Assembly: GCA_963801165.1 (NCBI GenBank)
Contig: CAWDDT010000006.1
Coordinates: 128,001 to 192,000 of the forward strand
Length of the DNA: 64,000 bases
Reading direction: 5' to 3'
DNA from: an uncultured bacterium
GTDB taxonomy: Bacteria > Actinomycetota > Acidimicrobiia > Spongiisociales > UBA5794
Shown piece by piece: positions 22,783 to 32,999 of this stretch. The translations under genes were made by a program, and so were the position numbers. Below the pieces are notes generated by a model. That model ran no database searches, was not told the DNA's origin, and saw only the letters and a program-made list of their open reading frames with translations. The number at the start of each line of letters is the position of its first letter. The first letter of the stretch is position 1.

Positions 22783-23339
22783 TCTCAACCAACGACGTTC
22801 GAGCCGGTATGGCGCTCAATCTCGATGATGGGCTGTTCCAGGTAGTGGAGTACCAGCACACCAAGCCGGGGAAGGGCAAGGCGTTCGTCAAGATGAAGCT
22901 CAAGAACCTCGACACCGGCAGTCTGGTGGAACGGACGTTCCGGGCGGGCGAGAACGTCCAGGACGCCAAGATCGATCGCCGCGACTTCCAATACCTCTAC
23001 CGCGACGACATGGGCTTCCACTTCATGGACGCCGAGACCTACGAGCAGATGGCGGTTCCCGAGGAGCTGATTGCCGACGCCGCCAACTATCTCAGCGAGG
23101 GAATGACCGCACAGCTCCACGTCTTCGAGGGCAACCCGATCGGTATCGAGCTTCAGGCCTCCGTGGAGCTCGAGGTCACTTATGCCGAGCCGGGAGTCAA
23201 GGGTGACCGGGTCTCAGGTGCCACCAAGCCTGTGACGCTGGCGACCGGTTTCGTGGTCCAGGTTCCCCTCTTTGTCAATGTGGGCGACGTCATCAAGGTC
23301 GATACCCGCACCGGCGAATACATCACCCGTATCTCGTGA
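22779..23339 (+). CDS. efp: Elongation factor P
   Basis: KPGKG.AFV, PGVKGD and [17 protein letters not shown] motifs. Confidence 0.97.
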   Translation: MISTNDVRAGMALNLDDGLFQVVEYQHTKPGKGKAFVKMKLKNLDTGSLVERTFRAGENVQDAKIDRRDFQYLYRDDMGFHFMDAETYEQMAVPEELIADAANYLSEGMTAQLHVFEGNPIGIELQASVELEVTYAEPGVKGDRVSGATKPVTLATGFVVQVPLFVNVGDVIKVDTRTGEYITRIS

Positions 23340-23716
23340 CCAGGCAGCCGGCTCGGGATCAAGCGCTGCTGGCTCTCTATGCGGCCGATATGACCGGCAC
23401 CGAGCCGGATCTGACCGATCTCTCGGCGCGCGCCCGGCGCTATGTCGAAGGCACCAGGCGGGAGCGCAACGCGCTGGACGAGGCGATTTCGGCTGTCGCC
23501 ACCGGGTGGCGGTTGGAGCGAATGCCGGCCGTCGATAGGAACATCATCCGGCTTGCCCTCTTCGAGCTGCGCTCCGGTCAGACGCCTATCGGTGTCGCCA
23601 TAAACGAGGCGGTGAACCTCGCAAAGCATTACTCGACCGAGCGGAGCGGTGCCTTTGTCAACGGGGTGCTCGCCAGGCTGGCCGCCGCGGGGGAGACTGC
23701 AGGCCCCGAAGAATAG
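23336..23716 (+). CDS. nusB: Transcription antitermination factor NusB
   Basis: W.LERM..VDR.I.R, VAINEAV.LAK and FVNGVL motifs. Confidence 0.95.
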   Translation: MTRQPARDQALLALYAADMTGTEPDLTDLSARARRYVEGTRRERNALDEAISAVATGWRLERMPAVDRNIIRLALFELRSGQTPIGVAINEAVNLAKHYSTERSGAFVNGVLARLAAAGETAGPEE

Positions 23717-23783
23717 GGGCCCGGCCCGGATGCTGCTAGGGTCACCGCTCGGTGCCACCGCGCTGGCGGCACCGAGTATTACC

Positions 23784-23820
23784 AACCTTTAAGTCCGGTC
23801 CGGTGAGGCCGGGAAGGAAG
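23784..23820 (+). promoter_or_regulatory. PyrR-binding RNA element
   Basis: CCTTTAAGTCCGGTCCGGTGAGGCCGGGAAGG matches the PyrR binding-loop consensus (UUUAA...GUCC.G.GAGGCY..AAGG), directly upstream of pyrR. Confidence 0.85.
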
Positions 23821-23844
23821 GAGAACACGATGTATCGAGCATCG

Positions 23845-23876
23845 GCCGCGCCCGAGTCGGGCGTGGCTTTCGTTTA
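23845..23876 (+). terminator. Attenuator terminator in the pyr leader
   Basis: Stem gccgcgcccg / cgggcgtggc followed by tttcgttt. Confidence 0.7.
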
Positions 23877-23885
23877 TTCGCCCGG

Positions 23886-24440
23886 GTGGTCACGATGCGT
23901 CTCGTGATGTCCGGCGAGGACATGTCCCGGGTGTTGCGCCGGATCGCCCATGAGATCATCGAGAAGAACCGCGGCGTTTCGAACCTGGTCGTGGTCGGTA
24001 TCCGCACCAGGGGCGGGCCGCTGGCCGAACGGCTGGCGGCGCTGTTGGAAGAGATCGAAGCGACCAAGGTACCCAGCGGGATCGTCGACATAGGCATGTA
24101 CCGCGACGACATCGACACGCGTCCCCACATAGAGCTCGGTCCCACCGAGGTCCCGGGCGATCTCGACGGCAGCACGGTGGTCCTCGTTGACGACGTGCTC
24201 TTCACCGGCAGGACTATTCGCGCCGCCCTCGACGCCCTCGCCGATATGGGTCGAGCCGCCGTCGTGCAGCTGGCCGTGATCGTCGACCGGGGCCACCGGG
24301 AGTTGCCCATCCGCGCCGACTTCGTCGGGAAGAACCTCCCGACGTCACACAACGAGCACGTCACAGTGTTGGTGGCCGAAATCGACGGTGAAGACGGGGT
24401 GTGGATCGAGGGGTCCGATGACGAGGGGAGTGACAGATGA
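23886..24440 (+). CDS. pyrR: Bifunctional pyr regulator / uracil phosphoribosyltransferase
   Basis: [30 protein letters not shown] and [17 protein letters not shown] motifs. Confidence 0.96.
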   Translation: MVTMRLVMSGEDMSRVLRRIAHEIIEKNRGVSNLVVVGIRTRGGPLAERLAALLEEIEATKVPSGIVDIGMYRDDIDTRPHIELGPTEVPGDLDGSTVVLVDDVLFTGRTIRAALDALADMGRAAVVQLAVIVDRGHRELPIRADFVGKNLPTSHNEHVTVLVAEIDGEDGVWIEGSDDEGSDR

Positions 24441-25357
24441 AACACATGCTGACCATGGAGGGGGTTGACAAGCCAACACTCGACAGTTTGCTCAACGACG
24501 CCGACGAGTTCTTCGAGGTGATGCATCGCCCGATTCCCAAGGTTCCGGCGCTGCGCGGCAAGACGGTGGCCACGATGTTCTTCGAGCCCTCGACTCGCAC
24601 CAAGCTTTCATTTGAGCGAGCCGCCAAGGCATTGTCCGCCGACATCCTCTCGTTTTCCCCCGGCACATCGTCCTTGAAGAAGGGGGAGAGTCTCAAAGAC
24701 ACGGTTCTGACGGTCAAGGCCATGGGTGCCGACTTGATGGTGGTCCGACATTCCTCGACCGGGGCGGCGTGGCGGGTGGCCGAGTGGACCGGTCTTCCGG
24801 TCGTCAACGGCGGCGACGGTTGCCACCAGCACCCCACCCAGGCACTGCTCGATTCGTTGACGCTGCGCCAGCATTTCGGCAGTCTGGAGGGTCTGCGTAT
24901 TGCCATCGTCGGGGACATCCGGCATTCCCGTGTGGCGCGCTCGGATGTGTGGGCCTTCTCGACGCTTGGTGCCGGCGTGACGCTGATCGCCCCTCCCACA
25001 CTGCTTCCACCCGACATGACCGGGTGGCCGGCCGCGGCACGGACCGATTTCGACGAGGTGCTCGACGAATTCGATGCGATCTACTTGCTGCGGGTCCAGG
25101 CCGAGCGCGGGGGCGCCTCCGTGTTCCCGTCGGTCGCGGAGTACCGGGAGCGTTTCGGGATGACCGATGCCCGGTTCAACCGGCTGAAGCCCGACACCAT
25201 CGTCCTGCACCCGGGTCCGATGATCCGGGGTATCGAAATCGACAGCGGCCCCGCCGACGATCCGCGCTGCAAGGTGTTGAGTCAGGTGACAAACGGCGTC
25301 GCGGTCCGCATGGCCGTGTTGTTCCAGCTGCTCGGAGGGACAAGAGAGCATGAGTGA
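24437..25357 (+). CDS. pyrB: Aspartate carbamoyltransferase catalytic subunit
   Basis: [23 protein letters not shown] and HPGP motifs. Confidence 0.96.
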   Translation: MKHMLTMEGVDKPTLDSLLNDADEFFEVMHRPIPKVPALRGKTVATMFFEPSTRTKLSFERAAKALSADILSFSPGTSSLKKGESLKDTVLTVKAMGADLMVVRHSSTGAAWRVAEWTGLPVVNGGDGCHQHPTQALLDSLTLRQHFGSLEGLRIAIVGDIRHSRVARSDVWAFSTLGAGVTLIAPPTLLPPDMTGWPAAARTDFDEVLDEFDAIYLLRVQAERGGASVFPSVAEYRERFGMTDARFNRLKPDTIVLHPGPMIRGIEIDSGPADDPRCKVLSQVTNGVAVRMAVLFQLLGGTREHE

Positions 25358-26642
25358 GATCACGTTTCAGAACGCTTTGATAGTCACAGGTGCGGACGAG
25401 GCTCCGCGGGTCGGTGACGTGGTTGTTGCCGACGGGCATATCGTTGCTGTCGGCGAGAACCTGGACGTGCGCGGGGACGTCGTCGATTGCTCCGGTAGCT
25501 GGCTCGGGCCTGGTTTCGTTGACGTCCACACCCACCTGCGTGAGCCCGGCCAGGAGTGGAAGGAGGACATCGCCACCGGGTCGCGGGCGGCCGCCAAGGG
25601 CGGCTACACGGCAGTCGTGGCTATGCCCAACACCGATCCTGCCATCGACGCCGGCCATCTCGCCAGGTTCGTGGCAGACCGCGGTCGTCAGGTCGGTCTT
25701 GTTGAGGTGGTTCCCGCCGGTTGCATCACGGCCGGACGGCGAGGCGAGAAGCTCGCACATCTCGATGAGTTGTGCGGCGCCGGGGTGCGGATCTTCACCG
25801 ACGACGGGGATACGGTTGCCGACGCCGGTCTGCTGAGGAGGGCGATGGACTACCTGGCGGAGCGCCATGCGGTCGTCGCCCAGCATTGCGTCGACCCCGG
25901 TCTCGCCGCGGGCGGTCAGGTTCATGAGGGCGAGGTGTCGTCTCGTCTCGGTATGACCGGGGTGCCCAGCGAAGCTGAGGAGATCGTGATAGCCAGGGAC
26001 ATCGCATTGGCACGGCTCACCGGAGTGAGCTACCACGCACAGCACGTCAGCACCGCAGGCGCCGTCGCGCTGGTCGCGGCCGCCAAGGCTGAAGGGCTGC
26101 CCGTTACCGCAGAAGTGACGCCACACCATCTGTTCTTCGATCACACGTACGTGGAGGACACCGACCCGCTCTACAAGATGATGCCCCCGCTGCGGGCACC
26201 GTCGGACGTGGCTGCTGTACGCGAGGGCCTACGCAACGGCACCATCGATATGGTGGCGACCGATCACGCCCCGCATGCGGACCACGAGAAGGACCACGCC
26301 TGGGAAGAGGCCCCGTTCGGGGTGACCGGGCTGGAGTGGGCGGCCGCGGTCGTCAACACGATCGTCGATCTGCAACCGGCCGACTTCTTCCGGGTAATGG
26401 CGGCGGCACCCGCCCGGCTCGCCGGCCTGGCGACGCAGGGCCGGGTGGAGCCGGGGCAACCCGCGAACCTCGTGGTCTTCGATCCGAAAGGATTGTGCGA
26501 GACGACAGGCACGGTGTCGCGGAGCGCGAATTCCCCATACCTCGGGCGGGCTCTGACGGGCGCCGTCGCGCACACCATGTACCAGGGACGCTTCACGATC
26601 CGGTCCGGCGCTCTCGTCGAGCCGGTGGGAGTCGGGGGGTGA
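25350..26642 (+). CDS. pyrC: Dihydroorotase
   Basis: DVHTHLREPG, MPNT, EVTPHHL and ATDHAPH motifs. Confidence 0.95.
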   Translation: MSEITFQNALIVTGADEAPRVGDVVVADGHIVAVGENLDVRGDVVDCSGSWLGPGFVDVHTHLREPGQEWKEDIATGSRAAAKGGYTAVVAMPNTDPAIDAGHLARFVADRGRQVGLVEVVPAGCITAGRRGEKLAHLDELCGAGVRIFTDDGDTVADAGLLRRAMDYLAERHAVVAQHCVDPGLAAGGQVHEGEVSSRLGMTGVPSEAEEIVIARDIALARLTGVSYHAQHVSTAGAVALVAAAKAEGLPVTAEVTPHHLFFDHTYVEDTDPLYKMMPPLRAPSDVAAVREGLRNGTIDMVATDHAPHADHEKDHAWEEAPFGVTGLEWAAAVVNTIVDLQPADFFRVMAAAPARLAGLATQGRVEPGQPANLVVFDPKGLCETTGTVSRSANSPYLGRALTGAVAHTMYQGRFTIRSGALVEPVGVGG

Positions 26643-27565
26643 CGACGGCCACCACCGACCATATGGGGACGCGACTGGGGAACTTAGACCTCAGGTCGCC
26701 CCTGATCGCTGCCTGCGGAACAGTGGGGTCGGTGGTGGACTTCGCCGCGGTGACCGACCTGGCAATTTACGGGGCAGCGGTGGCCAAGTCTGTGAGCGGT
26801 ACACCATGGCCGGGGCGGCAGCCGCCCCGGGTCGCGGCGACCGGTACCGGGATGCTGAACGGGATCGGGATACAAAACCCCGGTGTCGATGCCTGGGTCG
26901 AGGAGATTGGCCCCGGGCTGGAATCGCTGCCGGTCCCCGTGTGGGGGTCGGCAGTTGGCCGTGATGCGGATGAGTACGCCCGGGTTGCCGGGCACCTCAG
27001 CAGCAGTTCCGTCGCGGCAGTGGAGGTGAACCTGTCCTGCCCGAACCTGGAGAACGGGAGGATGTTTGCCCTCGATGCGGGGCCAGCCGCGGCCGTGGTG
27101 CGGGCAGTTAGGGCGGCCACGACGCTTCCCATCGGTGCGAAGCTGACCCCCAACTCGGAGGACATCGTGGCGGTCGCCGCGGCCGTGGCCGAGGCGGGAG
27201 CGGATTGGGTTGTCCTCGGCAACACGGTCTGGGGTGCGGGTTTCGACATAGAGACCAGACGTCCGCTGCTCTCGGGCGTCGTCGGCGGGTATTCGGGTGC
27301 ACCGATCAAGCCGATTGCGTTGCGGTGTGTGTGGGAGGTGTCTCGGGCACTCCCTGGTCTTCCAATCGTTGGCATCGGGGGGGCGGGCAGCGGCGCCGAC
27401 GTCGTCGAGTTTCTCCTCGCCGGGGCGTCCGCGGTCGGGATTGGAACCGCGCACTTCGCCAGCCCGAGGATCGGCACACGCATCATTGCTCAGCTGCATC
27501 GCTACATGAGCAAGCACGGGGTGCGGTCGCTAGGTGAGTTGATTGGAGCCGTGGAACCGTGGTGA
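26639..27565 (+). CDS. pyrD: Dihydroorotate dehydrogenase (family 1, cytosolic)
   Basis: GTG at 26639 overlaps the pyrC stop. MLNGIG.QNPG, EVNLSCPN, KLTPN and GG.SG..IKP.AL motifs. Confidence 0.92.
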   Translation: MTTATTDHMGTRLGNLDLRSPLIAACGTVGSVVDFAAVTDLAIYGAAVAKSVSGTPWPGRQPPRVAATGTGMLNGIGIQNPGVDAWVEEIGPGLESLPVPVWGSAVGRDADEYARVAGHLSSSSVAAVEVNLSCPNLENGRMFALDAGPAAAVVRAVRAATTLPIGAKLTPNSEDIVAVAAAVAEAGADWVVLGNTVWGAGFDIETRRPLLSGVVGGYSGAPIKPIALRCVWEVSRALPGLPIVGIGGAGSGADVVEFLLAGASAVGIGTAHFASPRIGTRIIAQLHRYMSKHGVRSLGELIGAVEPW

Positions 27566-28257
27566 ATCGTCTCATCGTTGCCCTCGATCTGGGATCGGCA
27601 GAGGAGGCAGTTCGGCTCGCCAAGAAGCTGGAGCCCTACGTGGGAGCGTTCAAGGTGGGTCTCGGCTTGCTGTACGGGGCCGGCCCCGGGATCGCTGCGG
27701 CGCTCGTGGACATCGGCAAGCCGGTATTCGCCGATGCCAAGCTGCACGACATTCCGAGCCAGGTAGGTGCGGGCGCTCGTCAGCTCGGTAGGGTCGGGGT
27801 CCGCTGGGTCACAGCGCATGTATCCGGGGGTGAGGCCATGCTGCGCGCAGCGGTGGAAGGGCTCGGCGAGACGTCGAATGGCTATGCCGGGGTGCTCGGG
27901 GTCACGGTGCTGACCAGCCTCGATACCCCCGATCTGAACGCGCTCGGGATCGGCTCGACGCCCGGCAAATTGGTCTCGAAGATGGCCCGGGTTGCCGACA
28001 GCGCAGGCTGCGAGGGAGTCGTCTGCTCGCCGCAGGAGCTGACCGTGGTTGCGAGCGTCGCCCCCGGGATGACCAGAGTGACCCCGGGAGTACGTCCGCC
28101 GGGCGCAGCAGTGTCCGACCAGAGACGGGTCATGTCGCCGGGCGAGGCGATCAGCAGGGGCGCCGATTGGCTTGTGGTGGGACGACCCATAACCGGGGCG
28201 ACGGACCCGGTCGCCGCAGTGGCCGAGCTGGCCGCAGCGATGGTGATACCGGGCTGA
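27559..28257 (+). CDS. pyrF: Orotidine-5'-phosphate decarboxylase
   Basis: IVALD, KVG, DAKLHDIP, VTVLTS, TPGVRP and VVGRPIT motifs. Confidence 0.96.
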   Translation: MVNRLIVALDLGSAEEAVRLAKKLEPYVGAFKVGLGLLYGAGPGIAAALVDIGKPVFADAKLHDIPSQVGAGARQLGRVGVRWVTAHVSGGEAMLRAAVEGLGETSNGYAGVLGVTVLTSLDTPDLNALGIGSTPGKLVSKMARVADSAGCEGVVCSPQELTVVASVAPGMTRVTPGVRPPGAAVSDQRRVMSPGEAISRGADWLVVGRPITGATDPVAAVAELAAAMVIPG

Positions 28258-28305
28258 ACGGCCCGGTGTTGATAGAGTTGTGGCGCCGTCAGCAGAGGAG
28301 GGCCG

Positions 28306-28614
28306 ATGCCAGCACCCAAGATGACCGCCGAGGAGCGCACCGCGGCGCTGGCCCGCGCCGGTGAGGCGCGTCGGGTGCGCGCCGAGATCAAGCAATTGCT
28401 CAAGACCGGGACCTTGACTCTGGCCGAAGTCTTCGAACGTGCAGACGATGACGATCTCGTGGCGGGCATCAAGGTCGGGCCGCTGATCGTTTCCATGCCC
28501 CACATGGGCAAGGTGAAGGCGATGCGGCTTCTCGAGGGGCTGGGGATCGACGGCGGCAAGAGGTTGCGTGCGCTCGGCACCCGGCAGCGAGAGAACCTGC
28601 TCGCTTCTTTTTAA
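28306..28614 (+). CDS. mihF: Actinobacterial integration host factor (mIHF)
   Basis: T.EER.AAL..A.EARR.RAE.K..LK and G.GKVKA...LG.RQ motifs; lies between pyrF and gmk. Confidence 0.9.
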   Translation: MPAPKMTAEERTAALARAGEARRVRAEIKQLLKTGTLTLAEVFERADDDDLVAGIKVGPLIVSMPHMGKVKAMRLLEGLGIDGGKRLRALGTRQRENLLASF

Positions 28615-28622
28615 TTGCGCCC

Positions 28623-29204
28623 GTGACCGCTCCGGGCAAGACCGAAAGAGGTCGGCTTCTCGTTATCTCAGGCCCATCCGGGGTGGGCAAATCGAGTGTG
28701 GTGCACGCTCTCGCCCAGCGGGTGGGCTTTCATTTCTCCGTCTCCTGGACGACCCGGGGTGAGCGTCCTGGTGAGGTCGACGGCGTCGACTACGTCTTTG
28801 TTGATCGAGAGACTTTCGAGAAGGGGATCGCCAACGGGAACTTTCTCGAGTGGGCGGAGTACTCGGGGCACCTCTACGGAACCCCGCGCGCTGCGGTCCT
28901 GGATCATCTCGAGAGGGGTGAGCATGTGCTGCTCGACATCGAGAACGACGGGGCGCGACAGGTCAAGACCGCATATCCGGACGCCGTTCTCGTCTTCATA
29001 CTCCCCCCGTCCCCCGGGGAGTTGGAGAGACGGCTGCGGGCACGAGGTGACACCGCCGAGGAAGACATCAGAAAGCGGCTCGCGGTGGCCGAGGCGCAGA
29101 TCGACGACGCGCGGACCACATTTGACTATCGGGTCACCAACACGGCGATAGGCGCCGCCGCGGACGAGATTGTCTCTATACTGACGCTCGGAGACGGTCG
29201 CTGA
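28623..29204 (+). CDS. gmk: Guanylate kinase
   Basis: SGPSGVGKS, TTR..RPGEVDG.DY.F and EWAEY..H.YGT motifs. Confidence 0.96.
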   Translation: MTAPGKTERGRLLVISGPSGVGKSSVVHALAQRVGFHFSVSWTTRGERPGEVDGVDYVFVDRETFEKGIANGNFLEWAEYSGHLYGTPRAAVLDHLERGEHVLLDIENDGARQVKTAYPDAVLVFILPPSPGELERRLRARGDTAEEDIRKRLAVAEAQIDDARTTFDYRVTNTAIGAAADEIVSILTLGDGR

Positions 29205-29238
29205 CCGTCTGTTCCATCACGTAGGAGCGCCCCTCAGG

Positions 29239-29466
29239 ATGATTCAACCACCAATCGGCCGCGTACTTTCGAAGACCAACTCACGCTTTGCGCTCGTCGT
29301 TCTGTCGGCACGGCGCGCACGGCAGATCAACGCCTACTTCAACCAACTGGGTGAGGGTCTTGGCGGATATGTGCCGCCCCAGGTGCACTCGATGTCACGC
29401 AAGCCCCTGTCGATTGCCTTCGAAGAGATCGACAACGACAAGGTCGTCATCGAAACCGAGGAGTAG
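29239..29466 (+). CDS. rpoZ: RNA polymerase omega subunit
   Basis: S.FALV..SARRARQIN.Y and KPLSIA.EEI motifs. Confidence 0.94.
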   Translation: MIQPPIGRVLSKTNSRFALVVLSARRARQINAYFNQLGEGLGGYVPPQVHSMSRKPLSIAFEEIDNDKVVIETEE

Positions 29467-29469
29467 GCG

Positions 29470-30651
29470 ATGCTCAGCGGGCGCCGGGTAGTCTTGGGGA
29501 TCTCCGGCGGTGTCGCCGCCTACAAGGCCGCCTACCTCGCTCGCCGTCTTATCGAGGCGGGTGCGCGCGTGCGTTGCATCATGACGGACTCCGCCACTGA
29601 GTTCCTCGGAGCGCAGACACTGGCAGCCATCACGGGCGAATACCCGGTGCTCCAGTTCTTCGACGAACCCGATGTCAGCCCGCATACGACCCTGGGGCAA
29701 TGGGCCGAAGCTATGGTCGTCGCCCCGGCGACCGCCGGAACGTTGGCGAAGCTGGCGGCCGGCCTTTCCGACAATGTACTGGTCGCCACAGCTCTCGCTA
29801 CCGAAGCACCGCTGGTGGTGGCTCCGGCGATGCACACCGAGATGTGGGAAAAGCCGGTGACACAACGGAATGTTGCCCGGCTGCGCGAGGACGGGGTAAT
29901 CGTGGTCGGCCCCGAGACGGGGGAGCTGGCGGGTGGTGACGTGGGGCCGGGACGTATGGCGGAGCCGGAGCAGATCGTCGCCGCGGTCGTGGGTTCTCTA
30001 CAGAGGGATTTGGAGGGATGGAAGGTGCTGGTGACTGCCGGCGGTACCCGTGAGCCGATCGATCCCGTTCGGTATATAGGCAATCGTTCCTCGGGGAAGA
30101 TGGGTAGCGCCATTGCACTGGTTGCGGCGCGACGCGGCGCCAGGGTCGTTCTGGTTTCCACGGTCGAGGCACCGGTGCATCCAAACATCGAGTTGATCGA
30201 TGTCGAGACCGCAGGTGAGATGGCAGACGCCGTATGGGCGCGTGTGGAGGACATCGACGTCGCGGTGATGGCGGCGGCAGTGGCGGACTTCCGCCCCCGA
30301 GATCCCGGTCAGCAGAAGCTCAAGCGCGACGCCGGGCCTCCGCACCTCGAACTGGAGGCCACCCCCGACATCCTGGCCGGCATAGCGGCCAGGGAGCACC
30401 GGCCGTATCTGATCGGATTCGCCGCCGAAACCGGATCCCTCGACGGCGCAGCCCACAAGGCGGTAGCCAAGGGCGTTGATTTGCTCGTCGGCAACGACGT
30501 GACTCGAGCAGGGTCAGGATTCGCTACGGACACCAACGAGGTGACCGTGTACACGCCGGACGGTCGTGCTGATAGCTGGCCGATTCTCTCCAAAATGGAG
30601 GTGGCGGAGCGGCTGTGGGATCGAGTCCAGGCCGCCTACGAGGGTGACTGA
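29470..30651 (+). CDS. coaBC: Bifunctional phosphopantothenoylcysteine decarboxylase/synthetase
   Basis: GG.AAYK, APATA, PAMH, TAGGTRE.IDPVRYI.N.SSGKMG and GFAAET motifs. Confidence 0.95.
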   Translation: MLSGRRVVLGISGGVAAYKAAYLARRLIEAGARVRCIMTDSATEFLGAQTLAAITGEYPVLQFFDEPDVSPHTTLGQWAEAMVVAPATAGTLAKLAAGLSDNVLVATALATEAPLVVAPAMHTEMWEKPVTQRNVARLREDGVIVVGPETGELAGGDVGPGRMAEPEQIVAAVVGSLQRDLEGWKVLVTAGGTREPIDPVRYIGNRSSGKMGSAIALVAARRGARVVLVSTVEAPVHPNIELIDVETAGEMADAVWARVEDIDVAVMAAAVADFRPRDPGQQKLKRDAGPPHLELEATPDILAGIAAREHRPYLIGFAAETGSLDGAAHKAVAKGVDLLVGNDVTRAGSGFATDTNEVTVYTPDGRADSWPILSKMEVAERLWDRVQAAYEGD

Positions 30652-32431
30652 GTCGTCGGAGCGTATCGCCCAGGTGGTGCCGGATTTGGCCACGTTCGCC
30701 GTTGACGACGGCTTCGCCTACCGGGTCCCTCCCGAGATGGACGGTCTCACAGTGGGTTCGCTGGTCCGGGTACCGCTGGGGGCACGGCGGGTGCGCGGCT
30801 ATGTCGTCTCGACAAGAACCGGCCCGGTCGCCGGTCTCAAGCCGGTGATCTCGATCTCGGGGGATCACCCGGCATACGACGAGCGGTTGCTGCAGACGTT
30901 GCGGTGGGCCGCACTCCATTACGTTGCGCCACTGGCTGTCTTGCTCGGGCGTTCCACACCGCCGAACCTGCCTAGAGGGAAAGGAAGGCCGCCGACTTCG
31001 CCATTGCCCGAGCTCTCGTCGCCGCTGCCTGCGGTCAGTGCAGCTGCGTCTTCGGGGATTCATAGTCGGCCCACCTGTCTCCTGACCGCGGCCCCGTATG
31101 CAGGCACCGTGGGCGGTCTGGCTCGCGACCCGATGGCATCGGACAGGAACGTGGCTGTGGTCGTTCCCACAATCGAGGAGGCAACGAGCCTGGCCACCGA
31201 GCTGCGGGCAAGCCTGGGAGACCGCGTGCTTGCAGTCTCGTCGGCACTCCCGGCGAGCGAGGCAACCCGGCACTGGGTGACCGCGGCGACGCAGGTGGGC
31301 TCGCTCATAGTGGGGACGCCTGAGATCGCACTTTGGCCCTTGGGCACGCCGGCATTGTGGATTGTGGTTGAGGAGGCGAGGCGCGCCATGAAGTCGAAGC
31401 AGACACCGACTCTCCAGGTGCGAGATCTGGTCAGGCGGCGGGCTCTGGTCGAGCGTTCGGCAGTGGTATTCCTGGGCCCGGTGCCTACCGTCGACACCCT
31501 GGCGCGTGGAGCCGAGGTAGTGGAGCCGCCGGGGCGAGTCTGGCCGCTGGTCGAGCTGGTAGACAGACGGGAGGAGCCGCCCAGTGGGCGCCCGTTGGCG
31601 GGAAGGACGATCCAGGCAATAGCACAGGCCGTCAAACGCGGCGGGAGGGTGTTTGTCTTCGTGTCGCGGCGGGGCTATGCACCGGCGTTTCGCTGTGTCC
31701 GCTGTCGCGAGTTGCGACGATGCCCCGTGTGCGGTGCGGGACCAGATCGGGCGGACACATGCCGCCGATGCGGCACACAGCTCGGTCCGTGTACGAAGTG
31801 CGGTGGCAGGCGATTCGAGCCCCTCGGGGCGGCGTTGGGGCGCGTGACCGAACAACTCCAGAAGAGGTTCGGCGCAGACGTCGCCGACCAGACCCCCGAT
31901 CGGCAGATCGTCGTGGGAACCGAGCGGGACCTGCCCGCGGTACCGGAAACGGCGCTCTCGGTGGCGGTCGACGCGGATTCACTGCTCCTGGCGCCGCACT
32001 ATCGGGCCGAGGAAGATGCGATGCGGCTTCTCGTGCGCGTCGTGTCGTCGGTAGCGAAAGGGCGCGGGCAACGCTGTCTCATCCAGACCGCCCAGCCGGA
32101 CCATCGTGTTCTGACCGCGCTCCGCCACGGGCATCCGCTCGAGGGTCTGCGCTCCCTCATCACAGAGCGCGAGCGTGACCACCTTCCGCCCGCAGCCGAG
32201 CTGATGGCTATCGAGGTTGGGGGTGATGCCACCGGCCGCGCGGGTGAGCTGATGGTCCTGCGCGGCGACGGTGTCCAAATCCACGGTCCGGAATTGGGCG
32301 GGGGGCGCACCCGGTGGTTCCTCCAGGGAGACTCGCTGCAGCGCTGCAGGGTGCAGCTGCGCACCATCGTTCAGCAGTGGCGGGACGCCGGGTTGAAGGT
32401 TCGCGTCGATGCCGATCCGATCGACCTGTGA
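30644..32431 (+). CDS. priA: Primosomal protein N' (actinobacterial type with degenerate helicase motifs)
   Basis: N-terminal F.Y.VP...G..V.VPLG.R domain; RRGYAP followed by four CxxC zinc motifs; C-terminal VDADP. No recognisable Walker A motif. Confidence 0.85.
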   Translation: MTESSERIAQVVPDLATFAVDDGFAYRVPPEMDGLTVGSLVRVPLGARRVRGYVVSTRTGPVAGLKPVISISGDHPAYDERLLQTLRWAALHYVAPLAVLLGRSTPPNLPRGKGRPPTSPLPELSSPLPAVSAAASSGIHSRPTCLLTAAPYAGTVGGLARDPMASDRNVAVVVPTIEEATSLATELRASLGDRVLAVSSALPASEATRHWVTAATQVGSLIVGTPEIALWPLGTPALWIVVEEARRAMKSKQTPTLQVRDLVRRRALVERSAVVFLGPVPTVDTLARGAEVVEPPGRVWPLVELVDRREEPPSGRPLAGRTIQAIAQAVKRGGRVFVFVSRRGYAPAFRCVRCRELRRCPVCGAGPDRADTCRRCGTQLGPCTKCGGRRFEPLGAALGRVTEQLQKRFGADVADQTPDRQIVVGTERDLPAVPETALSVAVDADSLLLAPHYRAEEDAMRLLVRVVSSVAKGRGQRCLIQTAQPDHRVLTALRHGHPLEGLRSLITERERDHLPPAAELMAIEVGGDATGRAGELMVLRGDGVQIHGPELGGGRTRWFLQGDSLQRCRVQLRTIVQQWRDAGLKVRVDADPIDL

Positions 32432-32495
32432 TGCTGGATTAACATCTGCGACGATCGAGCCGCGAGGCTCGCGACTACGAACGAACGACGAGACG

Positions 32496-32999
32496 ATGGC
32501 CATCTACCCAATCAGAACCTTCGGAGACCCGGTACTGCGGATGGAGGCAGCGGATGTCACCGACGATCCCCCGGCGCTGGAGCGTCTGGTCGAGGACATG
32601 CTCGATACGATGTACCAGGCACCGGGTGTCGGCCTTGCCGCACCGCAGATAGGCATCTCGAAGCGCATCTTCGTCGCAGATATCGGCGAAGGGCCGTTTG
32701 TGATGGTGAACCCGGAGATCGTTGAAACCTCGGGGGCATGGACCAACGACGAAGGTTGTCTCTCGGTGCCTGGCTATTACTGGGCAATCAAACGACCGGG
32801 CTATGCGAGGGCCCGGGGGTGGGACATCTACGGCAATCCCCTGGAGGTCGAGGGCGACGATCTGATGGGGAGAGTCCTACAACACGAGATCGATCACCTC
32901 GGTGGCACGCTTCTGTTGGAACGGCTCTCTCGCCGCGACCGGCGCCAGGCTTTGCGTGACCTCAGGGAGAGATCACTCGGATCGGCAGATGTTCTGTGA
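32496..32999 (+). CDS. def: Peptide deformylase
   Basis: GVGLAAPQIG, EGCLS and QHEIDHL motifs. Confidence 0.96.
   Translation: MAIYPIRTFGDPVLRMEAADVTDDPPALERLVEDMLDTMYQAPGVGLAAPQIGISKRIFVADIGEGPFVMVNPEIVETSGAWTNDEGCLSVPGYYWAIKRPGYARARGWDIYGNPLEVEGDDLMGRVLQHEIDHLGGTLLLERLSRRDRRQALRDLRERSLGSADVL

Noticed and set aside
30644-32431. priA as a pseudogene because helicase motifs are missing
   Set aside because: The ORF is intact with its zinc motifs, and helicase-degenerate PriA is known in actinobacteria.
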